From an uncultured Acidimicrobiales bacterium (lineage in GTDB: Bacteria > Actinomycetota > Acidimicrobiia > Acidimicrobiales > CAVXTF01), in contig CAVOZT010000005.1 of assembly GCA_963701375.1 (NCBI GenBank), positions 277,744 through 341,743 of the forward strand: DNA of 64,000 bases. Direction: 5' to 3'. The notes beneath the pieces are model-generated. The model saw nothing but the letters and a program-made list of their open reading frames with translations. It ran no database searches and was not told the DNA's origin. Made by a program: the position numbers and the translations under genes. Shown one piece after another: positions 51,326-62,216 of the stretch. Position 1 is the first letter of the stretch. Each line of letters begins with the position of its first letter.

Positions 51326-52117
51326 ATGCGCCAGAACACGCTGCGCACGATCTGGTCTGAAGGAGGCTCGGCGCTCGGCGGGTGGTTGACGGTACCGAGC
51401 AGCTTCTCGGCGGAGATCATGGCCCACGCGGGATTCGACTGGGTCTGCGTGGACATGCAGCACGGGATGATCGACGAGCTGCAGATGATCGAGATGCTCC
51501 AGGGGATCTCGTCTTCTGAAACGGTGCCCCTCGTACGTGTCCCTCGCAACGAGGCAGGGATCATCGGCAAGTGCCTCGATGCGGGAGCGTGGGGAGTGAT
51601 CGTCCCGATGGTCAACTCCCGCGAGGAAGCCATAGCCGCCGCGGCGGCCTGTCGTTACTCCCCGGTGGGTATCCGCAGCTACGGACCGTTGCGCGCGAAC
51701 TACTACGCTGGTTTCGACTATTTCTCGCGTGCGGACCGCGAGGTGCTCTGCATCGTGATGGTGGAGACCAAGGATGCCGTTGAGCGAGTGGACGAGATCG
51801 CGTCGGTACCCGGGGTCGACGCCATATACATCGGGCCCGCGGACCTGAGCATCACACTTGGGCTGCGACCCGCACCCGACAATCCCGACAGCTCCTTCAG
51901 GATCGCGCTGGATCAGGTTCTCGAGGCGTGCGGTCGACACGGAGTCGTTCCCGGGATCGCGGGGAATGCCGACACGGCGGTCATACGGCTCGAACAGGGA
52001 TTCAAGTTCGTCGAGGTGGCTTCCGACGCCGCACTTCTGGGCGTCGGAGCGGGGCGGGCGCTGTCGCATGTTCGGCCGGCGCCTGACGGCGACTCGCCGA
52101 AGTCCGCGTACCTGTGA
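51326..52117 (+). CDS. HpcH/HpaI aldolase family
   Basis: GFDWVCVDMQHG, LDAGA.GVIVPMV, MVET, IGPADL. Confidence 0.92.
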   Translation: MRQNTLRTIWSEGGSALGGWLTVPSSFSAEIMAHAGFDWVCVDMQHGMIDELQMIEMLQGISSSETVPLVRVPRNEAGIIGKCLDAGAWGVIVPMVNSREEAIAAAAACRYSPVGIRSYGPLRANYYAGFDYFSRADREVLCIVMVETKDAVERVDEIASVPGVDAIYIGPADLSITLGLRPAPDNPDSSFRIALDQVLEACGRHGVVPGIAGNADTAVIRLEQGFKFVEVASDAALLGVGAGRALSHVRPAPDGDSPKSAYL

Positions 52118-53088
52118 CGCCGGGTCGCTCGTAGTGGCCGGACCCGACCGCCCGAAGGCAGTCGTCGCGATCCCGCTCGCCCAGCCTCTGCTGGACCAGC
52201 TGACGGTCCTCGACGTGACCCATATCCCTGGCGCAAGGGCCGATAAACAGGCGCTGACGGCAGTGCTGGGGGACACCGAAGGTTTGCTCGTCAACTCGCA
52301 CGTCGAAGTCGATCGCGAGGTGATCACGTCGGCGCCAAAGCTCCGGGCGATCAGCACGATGAGCGTAGGTTTCGATCACATTGACGTCGGTGCCGCACGC
52401 GAGCGCGGAATCGTCGTGACGATCACGCCGGTCCTAAGCGATGCGGTGGCCGACCTGACGATGGCTCTCATGACGATGCTCGCACGCGGACTCCCTGGTG
52501 CGATCCACGCCGTTGCGAACGACCGATGGAGGGAGGGATCCGTCGCGCTCGGGTGGAGACCTCGCGCGCAAGCGGTTGCTTCTGGTCGGCTTCGGACGGA
52601 TCGGACAAGCGGTCGCAGCCCGGGCGTTGGCAGCGAAGATGCGCGTCGAGTACTTGGATTCTCGCACCGACCTAGCGCCCTTCGACGGCGTCCGGCGCGC
52701 CGCTGGGTTCGAACAGGGTCTCGAGAATGCCGACTTCGTTTCGCTGCACGTCGACCTGAACCACAAGACCCGTCATTTGATGGGTGAGGCGGAGTTCGCC
52801 CGGATGAAGCCGACGTCGTTCTTGGTGAACACGTCAAGGGGCGGGGTCGTGGACCAGGTGGCCCTCGCTCAGGCATTGGAAGACGGAACGATCGCAGGCG
52901 CGGGTCTCGACGTGCTCGAAGAGGAGCCGCCACGTTCGGAGGATCCAATCCTCAGTGCTCCCAACTGCATAATCGTTCCGCACATCGGGTCGGCAACGAA
53001 CGAGACCAGGTACGCCATGGCGGAGTGTGCGGTCGAGAATCTGCTGAACGTGCTGGGTGGCGGAGAGAGCCCTAACGCCTTGCCCTGA
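52114..53088 (+). CDS. D-2-hydroxyacid dehydrogenase (frameshift at ~52550)
   Basis: SVGFDHID, GFGRIG, VNTSRG, GLDV..EP, PHIGS. Confidence 0.88.
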
Positions 53089-53166
53089 CGCCAAGGGTCG
53101 GGTCTGCCGTCGAGGGAGGACCGGCGGGCCAGTTATCGTGCCGGCAAAGCCGAGAAGGGGAGGCCT

Positions 53167-54379
53167 GTGCGCGTTCTTTTGGTTGGAGCCGGCGGAGTGG
53201 GAACCGCATTTGCCCGGATTGCAGCGCGGCACGACGTGTTCGAGCACATCGTGGTAGCCGACCGAGAAAAGGACCGTGCTGTGCGCGCCGCTCAGGCGGC
53301 GAGTGAACGGTTCACCGCAGTTGCGCTCGACGCTTCGGACGACGAGGCGATCGCCGAGCTGTTACGCGCCGAGAGGTGCGACGTGCTGATGAACGCAGTC
53401 AACCCCCGATTCGTCATGCCACTGTTCCGCGGCGCCTTGGCGGCGGAAGTCAACTACGTCGACATGGCGATGTCGCTCTCGCATCCGGACCCTGAGGATC
53501 CGTTCTCCAAACCGGGAGTCAAGCTCGGTGACGAGCAGTTCGCGCTGGCCGACGAGTGGGAGAAGCGCGGTCTGTTGGCGCTCGTCGGCATGGGCGTCGA
53601 GCCCGGCTTGTCGGACGTCTTCGCAAGGCACGCTGCGGACAACCTCTTCTCGTCGATCGACGAGGTGGGTGTCCGCGACGGAGCGAACCTGGTCGTGGAC
53701 GGCTACGACTTCGCACCCACCTTCTCGATATGGACGACGATCGAGGAGTGCCTCAACCCTCCGATCATCTGGGAGAAGGACAGGGGCTTGTACACGACGG
53801 CGCCGTTCAGCGAGCTCGAGGTGTTCGACTTCCCAGCGGGGATAGGACCTATCGAATGCGTGAACGTCGAGCACGAAGAGGTGATCCTTATCCCGAGGTG
53901 GGTCGATGCGAACCGTGTGACGTTCAAGTACGGGCTCGGCGACGAGTTCATCGCGATTCTCGAGGCGTTGCACAAGCTCGGGCTCGACTCAACGACCCCT
54001 GTCGACGTGAGGGGCACCAAGGTGTCGCCTCGCGACGTGGTAGCCGCGTGCCTCCCCGATCCCGCCGAGCTCGGCGACCGTATGCACGGGGTCACCTGCG
54101 CGGGAACGTGGGTGACGGGCACCGGCAAGGACGGTGCACCGCCGCGACGTCTACCTGTACAACGCCATCGACAACGAGTGGTCGATGAAGGAGTACGGGT
54201 CGCAGGCGGTGGTGTGGCAGACGGCTGTCAACCCGGTCGTTGCTCTCGAGCTGGTCGCGTCGGGCGAGTGGTCGGGCGCCGGCGTGCTCGGTCCCGAGGC
54301 GTTCCCTTCGGGACCGTTTCTCGACCGTCTCACCGAGCGCGGCGCTCCATGGGAGATCGAGGAGAGGACTCCCGCCTGA
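53167..54379 (+). CDS. Saccharopine dehydrogenase / carboxy(nor)spermidine dehydrogenase-like protein (frameshift at ~54140)
   Basis: GAGGVG, GVEPGLSD, FSIWTTIEECLNP, VEHEEV, QAVVWQTA. Confidence 0.85.
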
Positions 54380-54418
54380 CATCGGCGGGATGAGGGCTGT
54401 TCGGGCGGCCGACTTCGC

Positions 54419-55741
54419 TCAGGCGCCGGCGACGGCCTTGCTCAGGATCTCCATGCCCTCTTCGACCAGGTCCTCTGGGATCGACAGCGGGGGGAGCAGC
54501 CGGATCACGTTCCCGTATGTGCCGGCCGTGAGCACGAGCAGTCCGGACCGGTGGCATGCCGACGCGACCGCGGCGGTCGCCTCCTTGTCGGGCGTGATCC
54601 CGTCTGACCCGACGAGCTCGAAGGCGACCATCGATCCGCGACCTCGGACGTCTCCCATGACCGGGTGAGTGGTCGCCAGGGATCTGAGTTGATCGATCAT
54701 CACCTTTCCGACGCGGACCGAGCGCTCGAGGAGGCCGTCGGACTCGATCGTTTCGATGGCGGCTAGCGCGGCGGCGCACGAGAGCGGATTGCCCCCGAAC
54801 GTTCCCCCGAGGCCGCCGGTGTGGACCGCATCCATCACCTCGGCGCGCCCGGTGATGCCGCCGATGGGAAGACCGCCACCGAGACTCTTGGCGGTGGCGA
54901 CGAGATCGGGGACCACGTCCTCGTGCTGGCACGCGAACCATGTGCCCGTACGCCCGAACCCGGTCTGGACCTCGTCTGCGACGAACAGGATGCCGTTTGC
55001 GTGACACCAGTCGGCGAGGCCGCTGAGCCAACCCGGCTCGGGGACGATGAAGCCGCCCTCTCCTGCGATCGGCTCGACCACGACGCAAGCGATGCTGTCC
55101 GCTCCGATCGTGGACTGAAGCAGAGTGATCGTGTCGGGGAGCTTCCCGGTCCCCCTGAACGGGTACGAGTACGGCGCCTTGTAGACCTCGGGTGCGAACG
55201 GTCCGAAACCGTGCTTGTAAGGCATTGCCTTACCGGTGAGTGTCATGCCCATCAAGGTGCGTCCGTGGAAGCCGTGGTCGAACGACACGACGGCTGACCG
55301 TCCTGTCGCGTAGCGGGCTACTTTCACGGCGTTCTCAACCGCCTCGGCGCCGGAGTTCACGAGGAACGAGCGCTTGGTGTGGTCGCCGGGAGTGAGTTGG
55401 TTGAGTTTCTCGCAGACCTCGACGTAGCTCTCGTACGGGGTCACCTGGAAGCACGTGTGGGTGAAACGGGTCACCTGCTCGGTGATCGCGGCAACGACCC
55501 TGGGCGCACTGTTCCCGACGTTCGTGACGGAGATGCCGGAACCGAAGTCGATGAGTCGGTTGCCGTCCACGTCCTCGATGATTCCTGCGGACGCGTCCTT
55601 GATGAAGATCGGCAGGGTCACCCCGACCCCGGGGGGAAGGGCCGCGGCCCGGCGCGCCGACAATTCGCGCGACTTCGGCCCGGGAATCTCGGTGACGATC
55701 TTCCGACCCCTCGGTGAGCGGTCGCCTTCGACGGGAGTCAT
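54419..55741 (-). CDS. gabT: 4-aminobutyrate aminotransferase (class III PLP)
   Basis: SGAEAVENA, FHGRT, EPIAGEGG, DEVQTGFGRTG, AKSLGGG, GGTFGGNP. Confidence 0.88.
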   Translation of the reverse strand: MTPVEGDRSPRGRKIVTEIPGPKSRELSARRAAALPPGVGVTLPIFIKDASAGIIEDVDGNRLIDFGSGISVTNVGNSAPRVVAAITEQVTRFTHTCFQVTPYESYVEVCEKLNQLTPGDHTKRSFLVNSGAEAVENAVKVARYATGRSAVVSFDHGFHGRTLMGMTLTGKAMPYKHGFGPFAPEVYKAPYSYPFRGTGKLPDTITLLQSTIGADSIACVVVEPIAGEGGFIVPEPGWLSGLADWCHANGILFVADEVQTGFGRTGTWFACQHEDVVPDLVATAKSLGGGLPIGGITGRAEVMDAVHTGGLGGTFGGNPLSCAAALAAIETIESDGLLERSVRVGKVMIDQLRSLATTHPVMGDVRGRGSMVAFELVGSDGITPDKEATAAVASACHRSGLLVLTAGTYGNVIRLLPPLSIPEDLVEEGMEILSKAVAGA

Positions 55742-55848
55742 CTCTCGATTATGGCGCCTCGAGGTGGCCGACGGCTCGGGCTTGTGGGTCGCGTCGGGTA
55801 CAGGCAGCATGGGAGCCGGGGAATGGGATCGGGGCCTGGACGGATGCG

Positions 55849-57279
55849 ATGAACGTGCTAATGGTCACCTTGGACCAGTTCCGCGGTGACTGCTTGTCGG
55901 CGGCCGGGCACTCGGTGGTACGTACCCCTTCGCTCGATCGCCTGGCGGTGGGCGGGGTACGCCTCGCGCGTCACTACAGCCAAGCGGCTCCGTGCGGACC
56001 CGGAAGGGCGTGCCTCTACACGGGGACGTACCAATTCAACAACCGCGTCGTCGGAAACGGGACGCCGCTCGACGACCGGTTCGACAACGTGGCTCGCGCC
56101 GCGCGCCGGGCAGGGTACGTCCCTACGATCTTCGGATACGCCGACCAGAGTCTCGACCCGAGATTGTCGACGGCTGCGGGCGATCCCCGGTTGACGAACT
56201 ATCAAGGCTTCCCGCCGGGGTTCGAGGTGGGGCTCGACCTGCCCGACGAGCAGGACGCCTGGAGGGCGTGGCTCGACGAACTCGGCTACGGACCGTTTCA
56301 AGACGGCGAAGAGGCATTGGCGACTGAGCCCGACCGACCCGCCGAGTACGGCGTGTCAGCGTTCATGACCGACCGCGTGATCGCGTGGTTGGAACGCCAG
56401 GACGCGCCGTGGTTCGCCCACGCAAGTTACTGGAGACCGCACCCGCCGTACGCGGCAGCGGGCCACTGGTCGAAGGCGTACGACGCCGACGACGTCGAGC
56501 TGCCACTGCGAGCACCGGACCGCGAGGTGCCGTTCTGCGGCCGGTTGATGGACCCCGCACCCGAAGACGAAAAGGCGATGCGCGAGCTCCGGGCGCAGTA
56601 CTACGGGATGGTCTCAGACGTCGATCACGAGCTCGGCCGGCTCTTCGAAGCGATCACGTCACTCGGCATGTGGGACGACACGTTCGTGGTGATCACCTCC
56701 GACCACGGTGAGCAGCTGGGGGACCAGAGTCTGTTGGGCAAGGGCGGGATGTTCGAGTCGAGCTACCACATCGTCGGGATCGTGCGCGACCCTCGCAAGC
56801 CCGAACAACACGGAACTGTCGTGGACCGGTTCACCGAGAACGTGGACCTGCTCCCGACGATCTGCGAGGCGATAGGACTCGAGGTTCCCGCGCAGTGCGA
56901 CGGGCTCCCGCTCACGTCGTTCCTCCAAGGCACACAACCGGCTTGGTGGCGCGACGAAGCGCACTGGGAATACGACTGGCGCTGGGAGTACATTCCGTTC
57001 GGTCCTCATGCATGGCCGTGGGACCGCCGCCTCGAGACGAAGCACCTCACTGTGTCGCGTTCGGACGAGTACGCCTACGTGCAGCTCGACGACGGCGATT
57101 GGCGTTGCTTCGACCTCGCGCGTGACCCGACCTGGCGTACCGAGGTCTCGGACAGTGTCGTAGTGCTCGAACGTGCCCAGGCCATGCTCACCTGGCGTTC
57201 CAGACTCGCCGACCGGACACTCTCCGACATGCTTGTCATAGGAGGTGGGATGGGCAGAATTCCCCAGGCGGTCACATGA
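55849..57279 (+). CDS. Sulfatase-superfamily phosphonate monoester hydrolase-like protein
   Basis: DQFRGD, CGPGR (CxPxR formylglycine site), NGTPLD, RPHPP, SDHGE..GD...GK. Confidence 0.78.
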   Translation: MNVLMVTLDQFRGDCLSAAGHSVVRTPSLDRLAVGGVRLARHYSQAAPCGPGRACLYTGTYQFNNRVVGNGTPLDDRFDNVARAARRAGYVPTIFGYADQSLDPRLSTAAGDPRLTNYQGFPPGFEVGLDLPDEQDAWRAWLDELGYGPFQDGEEALATEPDRPAEYGVSAFMTDRVIAWLERQDAPWFAHASYWRPHPPYAAAGHWSKAYDADDVELPLRAPDREVPFCGRLMDPAPEDEKAMRELRAQYYGMVSDVDHELGRLFEAITSLGMWDDTFVVITSDHGEQLGDQSLLGKGGMFESSYHIVGIVRDPRKPEQHGTVVDRFTENVDLLPTICEAIGLEVPAQCDGLPLTSFLQGTQPAWWRDEAHWEYDWRWEYIPFGPHAWPWDRRLETKHLTVSRSDEYAYVQLDDGDWRCFDLARDPTWRTEVSDSVVVLERAQAMLTWRSRLADRTLSDMLVIGGGMGRIPQAVT

Positions 57280-57788
57280 CTCTTGCGGAACTGATCGAGT
57301 TGTTGACCGAGATGGAGCGCTCTCCCGGTGAGGCGGACGGGTTGAGCGAGCTCGACCATGGGTTGCAGTGCGCGTACGAGCTTTCGTGTGTGCGTCCCGA
57401 CGACACCGAGCTTCAGGTCGCGGGCCTGGTCCACGACATCGGCCACCAGTTCGCATCCGACGAGCAGCACGGAGAGCTCGCCGCGGCGCGCGTCCGGGCG
57501 ACGCTCGGGGATCGCGTTGCGTCCCTCGTGGAGATGCACGTGCCGGCCAAGCGCTATCTCGTCACGACCGATCCGGCCTACCTGTCCGTCCTGACCGAGG
57601 GAAGCACCGACTCGCTCTCAGTTCAGGGAGGTCCCCTGACCGCGCAGGAAGCCGAGTCGTTCGCCTCGTCGTCGCATGCCACCGACGCCGTGGTGTTGCG
57701 CAGGGCTGACGACGCCGCCAAGGTGCCGGGGCGGTCGGTGCCTCCGCTCGAGTACTGGCTGCCGATACTTGCCGAGGTTGCCCGATGA
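57276..57788 (+). CDS. phnZ: PhnZ-like HD-domain phosphonate oxygenase
   Basis: H.LQCA, HDIGH, H, HVPAKRYL, S..VQGG, LRRADD.AK. Confidence 0.78.
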   Translation: MTLAELIELLTEMERSPGEADGLSELDHGLQCAYELSCVRPDDTELQVAGLVHDIGHQFASDEQHGELAAARVRATLGDRVASLVEMHVPAKRYLVTTDPAYLSVLTEGSTDSLSVQGGPLTAQEAESFASSSHATDAVVLRRADDAAKVPGRSVPPLEYWLPILAEVAR

Positions 57789-58549
57789 GCACGTTCGCAC
57801 CTGTTCACCGTTCGGTGGTGACAGGCAGGGAAGTCGCAGAGCTCCAGGAGTGGACTTCGGGCGTCGAAGCGTGGCCGGCCGGCAGTCATGTCTGGGGCCA
57901 CTACGCAGAGCAGACCGCTACCGGTGAGGCGATCTGCAGGACAGAGAACGTGTCGGCGTGCCACGCCGGGTTCCGCACATTGGTTCAAGGGCCGCTTCTC
58001 GAGCTGTCGGCTTCGGTTCTCGGTGAGGGCGTCGTCGACTTCAAGGACAAGGTCAACTACAAGCAGCCGGGAGGCGCGGGATTCAGCCCGCATCAGGATG
58101 TGCCCGCATATCCGGGAGTCAGCACGGTCATCTCGATCCTCGTCGCTATCGACGAGTGCACGACCGAATCGGGCTGCCTGTGGATCGCGGACGGCGTCGA
58201 CGAGCTTCTTCCCACCGACGCCCGCGGCGTGGTCACCGACGACGCTGCGTCGTCGCTTCGATGGATGCCGGTCGAGCTGGCTCCCGGCGACGCACTGTGC
58301 ATCGACGGGCTCGCCCCCCACTACAGCGAGGCGAACAAGAGCAACGCGGCGCGGCGAGTGCTCGTGGCGAGCTACGCGCCGTTGAGCGAGCGATACGACA
58401 GGGACCAGTACTACTCGGCTCGGACCGCCGGCATGAAAGAAGCGTCGGCACGCGACGGCCAATACCGCATCAGCACGCTCGCCGACTGGGAGGGCGTGGA
58501 GGTCTCGAGCGGCGGCCCGGTTGCCGTAGAGAGCTGCACGCACCGCTGA
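57785..58549 (+). CDS. phnY: PhnY-like Fe(II)/2-oxoglutarate dioxygenase (PhyH family)
   Basis: FKDKVNYKQPGGAGFSPHQD (HxD), HYSEAN...RR. Confidence 0.75.
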   Translation: MSTFAPVHRSVVTGREVAELQEWTSGVEAWPAGSHVWGHYAEQTATGEAICRTENVSACHAGFRTLVQGPLLELSASVLGEGVVDFKDKVNYKQPGGAGFSPHQDVPAYPGVSTVISILVAIDECTTESGCLWIADGVDELLPTDARGVVTDDAASSLRWMPVELAPGDALCIDGLAPHYSEANKSNAARRVLVASYAPLSERYDRDQYYSARTAGMKEASARDGQYRISTLADWEGVEVSSGGPVAVESCTHR

Positions 58550-58553
58550 CGCG

Positions 58554-59997
58554 CTACCGATCTGTGCCGTTGCCTCCGGCGACGCTCTCGGGTCCTGCCC
58601 TTACCTTTTCGAGGGTCGCGCCTCCCTCGGCGTCCATCCAGCCGAAGTAACCCGCCTGGTCCTCCCCGATCGCACGATCGCCGACGTCTGTGTTCTCGAC
58701 GTGCTTCCGGAGCAGCTCTGTTTGAGATTGGACGAGCGACCGTTCGTGTGGCCAGCGCCTGTCAAAGTCCGGATCATCGAGATCCACCGACTCTCCGCCG
58801 ACGAGCACCATCTGAATTCGGTCCTGGTCGAGGAGTACCGACAGGTCTCTGTCAGGCCGGCCGTCGACCACGAGCAGGTCCACGACGTATCCGGGTGCCA
58901 CCCTTCCGAGCCAATCCTTGGCGTTCAGAATGCCGGCGGCATCGTGTGTGGCTGCGCGGATGCACTCGAGAGGTGTCAGTCCCGCATAGTCCTTCAGCAG
59001 CATCAGTTCCCGCAGCGTGCCACTCGCCGTAGGGAGTCATGGCGAAGCCTGTGTCCGTTCCTGTGACGAATTTGACTCCGGCCTCCTTCGCTCTGTGGAG
59101 AGTTTCCCCCGCTCGCTCCATGTTGCGCTTCGTCGAATCGATGATCCCTTTTGGCGCACCCACCAAGTGGCCGTAGTCGGCCCAGTTCGAGACCAGCGTC
59201 AGCGTGGGCACGAGCGGAGTACCGGCTTCGGTCAGGGTCTCGATGGCCGCGTCCGACATGAAAAGGCCGTGCATTATCCAATCGACTTCCGCCTTCACGG
59301 CCGCCGTCACTTCTGCCGAACCCATCGCATGGATGGTGACCCGGCGATGCATTTGGTGGGCGAGCTCGGTCACGGTGCACAGTTCGTCATACGTGAAGGC
59401 CTGATGGCCGCCGAACGGCGAGTCGGCGAGCTTGATGAAGTCGACGCCGTTCTTGATCTGCTTACGCACCGCGACCTTCATCTCGTCCGCGGTGTTGGCG
59501 AGGACAGCGATGCTTCCTTCCGGTTCTCCGACGGCCGTGGGGTAGGAGTCGCCAATTCCGTTGTAAGTAGTTATGTATCGCCCGGCGGTTTGCATCCTCG
59601 GGCCGGCGATCATGCGGGCGTTGATGGCGTCGCGAATCGCCACCCCGATGTAGTAGCTCCCACCGGGCTGGGAGATGCTGGTCACCCCAGCCCGTAGGAG
59701 CTTTCTCGCGTTCCACGCGGCGCGGAGCGTTCGAGATTCGACGCTGGTGTAGAGGTCCTGTTCTTCTTGAGCTCGACTCTCGCCGTATGTCAGGTGGCAG
59801 TGCACGTCGATGAGGCCGGGCAGTACCGTTTTCCCGGAAACGTCAACGACTTTCGCATCACCACGTTCGGGTGGAGAAGCCTCGCTGTCGCTGATAGACG
59901 AGATGCAACCTTCTTCGATCAGGATCGATTTAGGGCCGTCGGCCTCCCTGCCGTCTCCGTCAATGACCGTGGCACCATAGAGAACAAGACCGGACAT
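58554..59997 (-). CDS. Metal-dependent amidohydrolase (frameshift at ~59010)
   Basis: PGLIDVHCH, IKL, HAMG, HG, GTDTG. Confidence 0.88.
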
Positions 59998-60028
59998 GTC
60001 CCTCTACTCCCCTGTTGCTACGTGGTGC

Positions 60029-60925
60029 TCACCAACTCCTGAAGGGTGGCGCTGGCGTGCCGTGTGCTTCTTCCCAGGAGACCACCCTGTTCCTCAGAGT
60101 ACCCACACGTTCGATCGTGCACTCGACGACGTCGCCGGGGCGGAGATACCACTTCTGCGCATCGACCTTGAAGCCGGCTACCCCTGACACGGTGCCTGTC
60201 GTAAGGACGTCGCCCGCGCTGTAGCCGATCGGCGAGTGGTGAGCGATCAGCTCCGGGATGGTCACGGACATGTTCCCGGAGTACGAGTGCTGACGGAGGT
60301 CGCCGTTCACGGTGAGGCGCATGTCGAGGGTGAGCGGGTCACCGACCTCGTCCGGCGTGACGATCCATGGTCCGAGCGGACAGAAGGTCTCGATCGACTT
60401 GCAAAACGAGAAGACGCCCGATTTCATCTCGCGGCGCTGGATGTCCCGGGCGGTGATGTCGTTGAAGATGAGGTATCCGGCGATGTAGTTCTCGGCCTCC
60501 TTCTCGTCCAGGAAGGCACCCGAGCGGCCGATCACGACGGCGAGTTCCAGCTCGTGATCGAGCTCGGTGGTCAAGTGCTCGGGGTAGACGATGTCATCCT
60601 CGGGGCCGATGATCGCGTCCACGTTCTGGAAGAAGACGATCCACGGCGCGACGGCGTGCGACCAGTTGACGACTTTGGACTCCTCCTCGTGTTCCCGGAA
60701 GTTCCCCGCGGTGTGGATGAGCTTCTTCGGAATGATCGGCGGTAGCAGGCGGACGTCGGCAGCTTTATAGCGGGTTCCGGATGCCTCACGCGCACGCTCG
60801 AGCTCCGGACCGAGCTCGAAAAGGTCGCGTAGCGAACCGACGCCCTTGATGGTCACGATCTCGTCTCCATCCATCACGCCCGGGCGTTGGTTGCCCTGGG
60901 GGTCTTTGAAGGACACAAGTTTCAT
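60029..60925 (-). CDS. Fumarylacetoacetate hydrolase family
   Basis: LDHELEL, NDITARD, K...TFCPLGP, TGT.SG. Confidence 0.9.
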   Translation of the reverse strand: MKLVSFKDPQGNQRPGVMDGDEIVTIKGVGSLRDLFELGPELERAREASGTRYKAADVRLLPPIIPKKLIHTAGNFREHEEESKVVNWSHAVAPWIVFFQNVDAIIGPEDDIVYPEHLTTELDHELELAVVIGRSGAFLDEKEAENYIAGYLIFNDITARDIQRREMKSGVFSFCKSIETFCPLGPWIVTPDEVGDPLTLDMRLTVNGDLRQHSYSGNMSVTIPELIAHHSPIGYSAGDVLTTGTVSGVAGFKVDAQKWYLRPGDVVECTIERVGTLRNRVVSWEEAHGTPAPPFRSW

Positions 60926-62199
60926 CGCGCCACCTCGCATATCTGTGCCGCGGCAAGCGCGTACACCTTTGCGGTGCTCACAAGATCCTCGATGGCGAGA
61001 TTCTCGCCGTCGGGGTGCGGCAGCCCACTCGACGGTCCGTAGTTGACCGACGCAATTCCGTAGCGACTCAGCACCGAGGCATCCGACGAAAAGCGCAAGG
61101 TGTCGTGCTCGGACGGCGACCCGAACACCTCGGCATGCGCGGAATCGAGCGCCTCCACGACCTCGTGTTCAGGATCGATCTCTGCCCCAGGGCTCGTGAC
61201 GTAGATCTCTGAGTCGATTCCGGCGTCAGGCATGAACGTTCGAAGATCCCGCACCAGATCCTCGAACCGATGACACGCCCTTTGCAGCGACATCGTTGGC
61301 GGCACCCGGATGTCCAAGAAGAGATCAGTGCGTTCGGGAGTGCGACTGACTCGCCAGGGCCGTCCTCCACGGATAGCGCCGAGGTTGACTACGCCGGGGG
61401 CGCCGCCGTAGTTGCTCTCCTCCTCGAATGCCAAGATCCAGCGCTCCACGTGGGGCAGCGCCTCGACCATGCGCAAGATCGAGTTCTCCAACCGCCGGGC
61501 GCGCGAGTAGGCGGTGTGGACGTGAGGCCCCTGCGTCGATATGCGTGCCCAGACCGTCCCGTAATGCCCGGTCACCACCCGGTTCTCGGTCGGCTCACCG
61601 ATGATGCAGATATCGGCGGCCCCACCGCCGTGTGAGACCAGATAATGGCTCCCCGCCGAATATCCGCGGTAGTCCGCCCCTTCGAACTCGGTGCCCCACT
61701 GCGACTTCTCGATCTCACCCACCACGGCCGCGACGACGACCGAGCCGCGTAGGCGCACGTCGGCGTCGCGCAGTGCGGCAACGGCCTCGAGGTAGCAGGC
61801 GATGGCGCCCTTCATGTTCGCTATCCCGAGTCCCCACAGAAATCCGTCGCGTTCGAACGCTGCCGGTTGAAACCCGGGCCGTCCGCGCAGATGCACCTCG
61901 TCACCCGAATAAGAGGTGTCCATGTGGCCGTTGAACATGAGCACTCGCGTCGCGTCATCACCGCCCGCCCTCCCGCAGCCTTCGAACGTTCCGATGACAT
62001 TCGGCCGGCCCGGCTCGACCTGTTGCCAGGATGTCTTCAATCCCAAGGCCTCGCAGCGCGGGGCGACCTCCCTCGCCATCGCTTCCTCGTGCCCCGTAGG
62101 GCTCGGTGCGGCTACGAAGGCACTAGCCATCTCGACCAACCGCACCTCGTTTACGCACTCACTGATAGCTGCCACCACATCGCTGCTGAGGAGTTCCAT
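60922..62199 (-). CDS. M20/ArgE-DapE family deacylase/peptidase
   Basis: RPNV, NGHMDT, G.GIANMKG, GEI, IIGEP. Confidence 0.85.
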   Translation of the reverse strand: MELLSSDVVAAISECVNEVRLVEMASAFVAAPSPTGHEEAMAREVAPRCEALGLKTSWQQVEPGRPNVIGTFEGCGRAGGDDATRVLMFNGHMDTSYSGDEVHLRGRPGFQPAAFERDGFLWGLGIANMKGAIACYLEAVAALRDADVRLRGSVVVAAVVGEIEKSQWGTEFEGADYRGYSAGSHYLVSHGGGAADICIIGEPTENRVVTGHYGTVWARISTQGPHVHTAYSRARRLENSILRMVEALPHVERWILAFEEESNYGGAPGVVNLGAIRGGRPWRVSRTPERTDLFLDIRVPPTMSLQRACHRFEDLVRDLRTFMPDAGIDSEIYVTSPGAEIDPEHEVVEALDSAHAEVFGSPSEHDTLRFSSDASVLSRYGIASVNYGPSSGLPHPDGENLAIEDLVSTAKVYALAAAQICEVAR

Positions 62200-62216
62200 C
62201 TACCGGGCCGTTCCGC

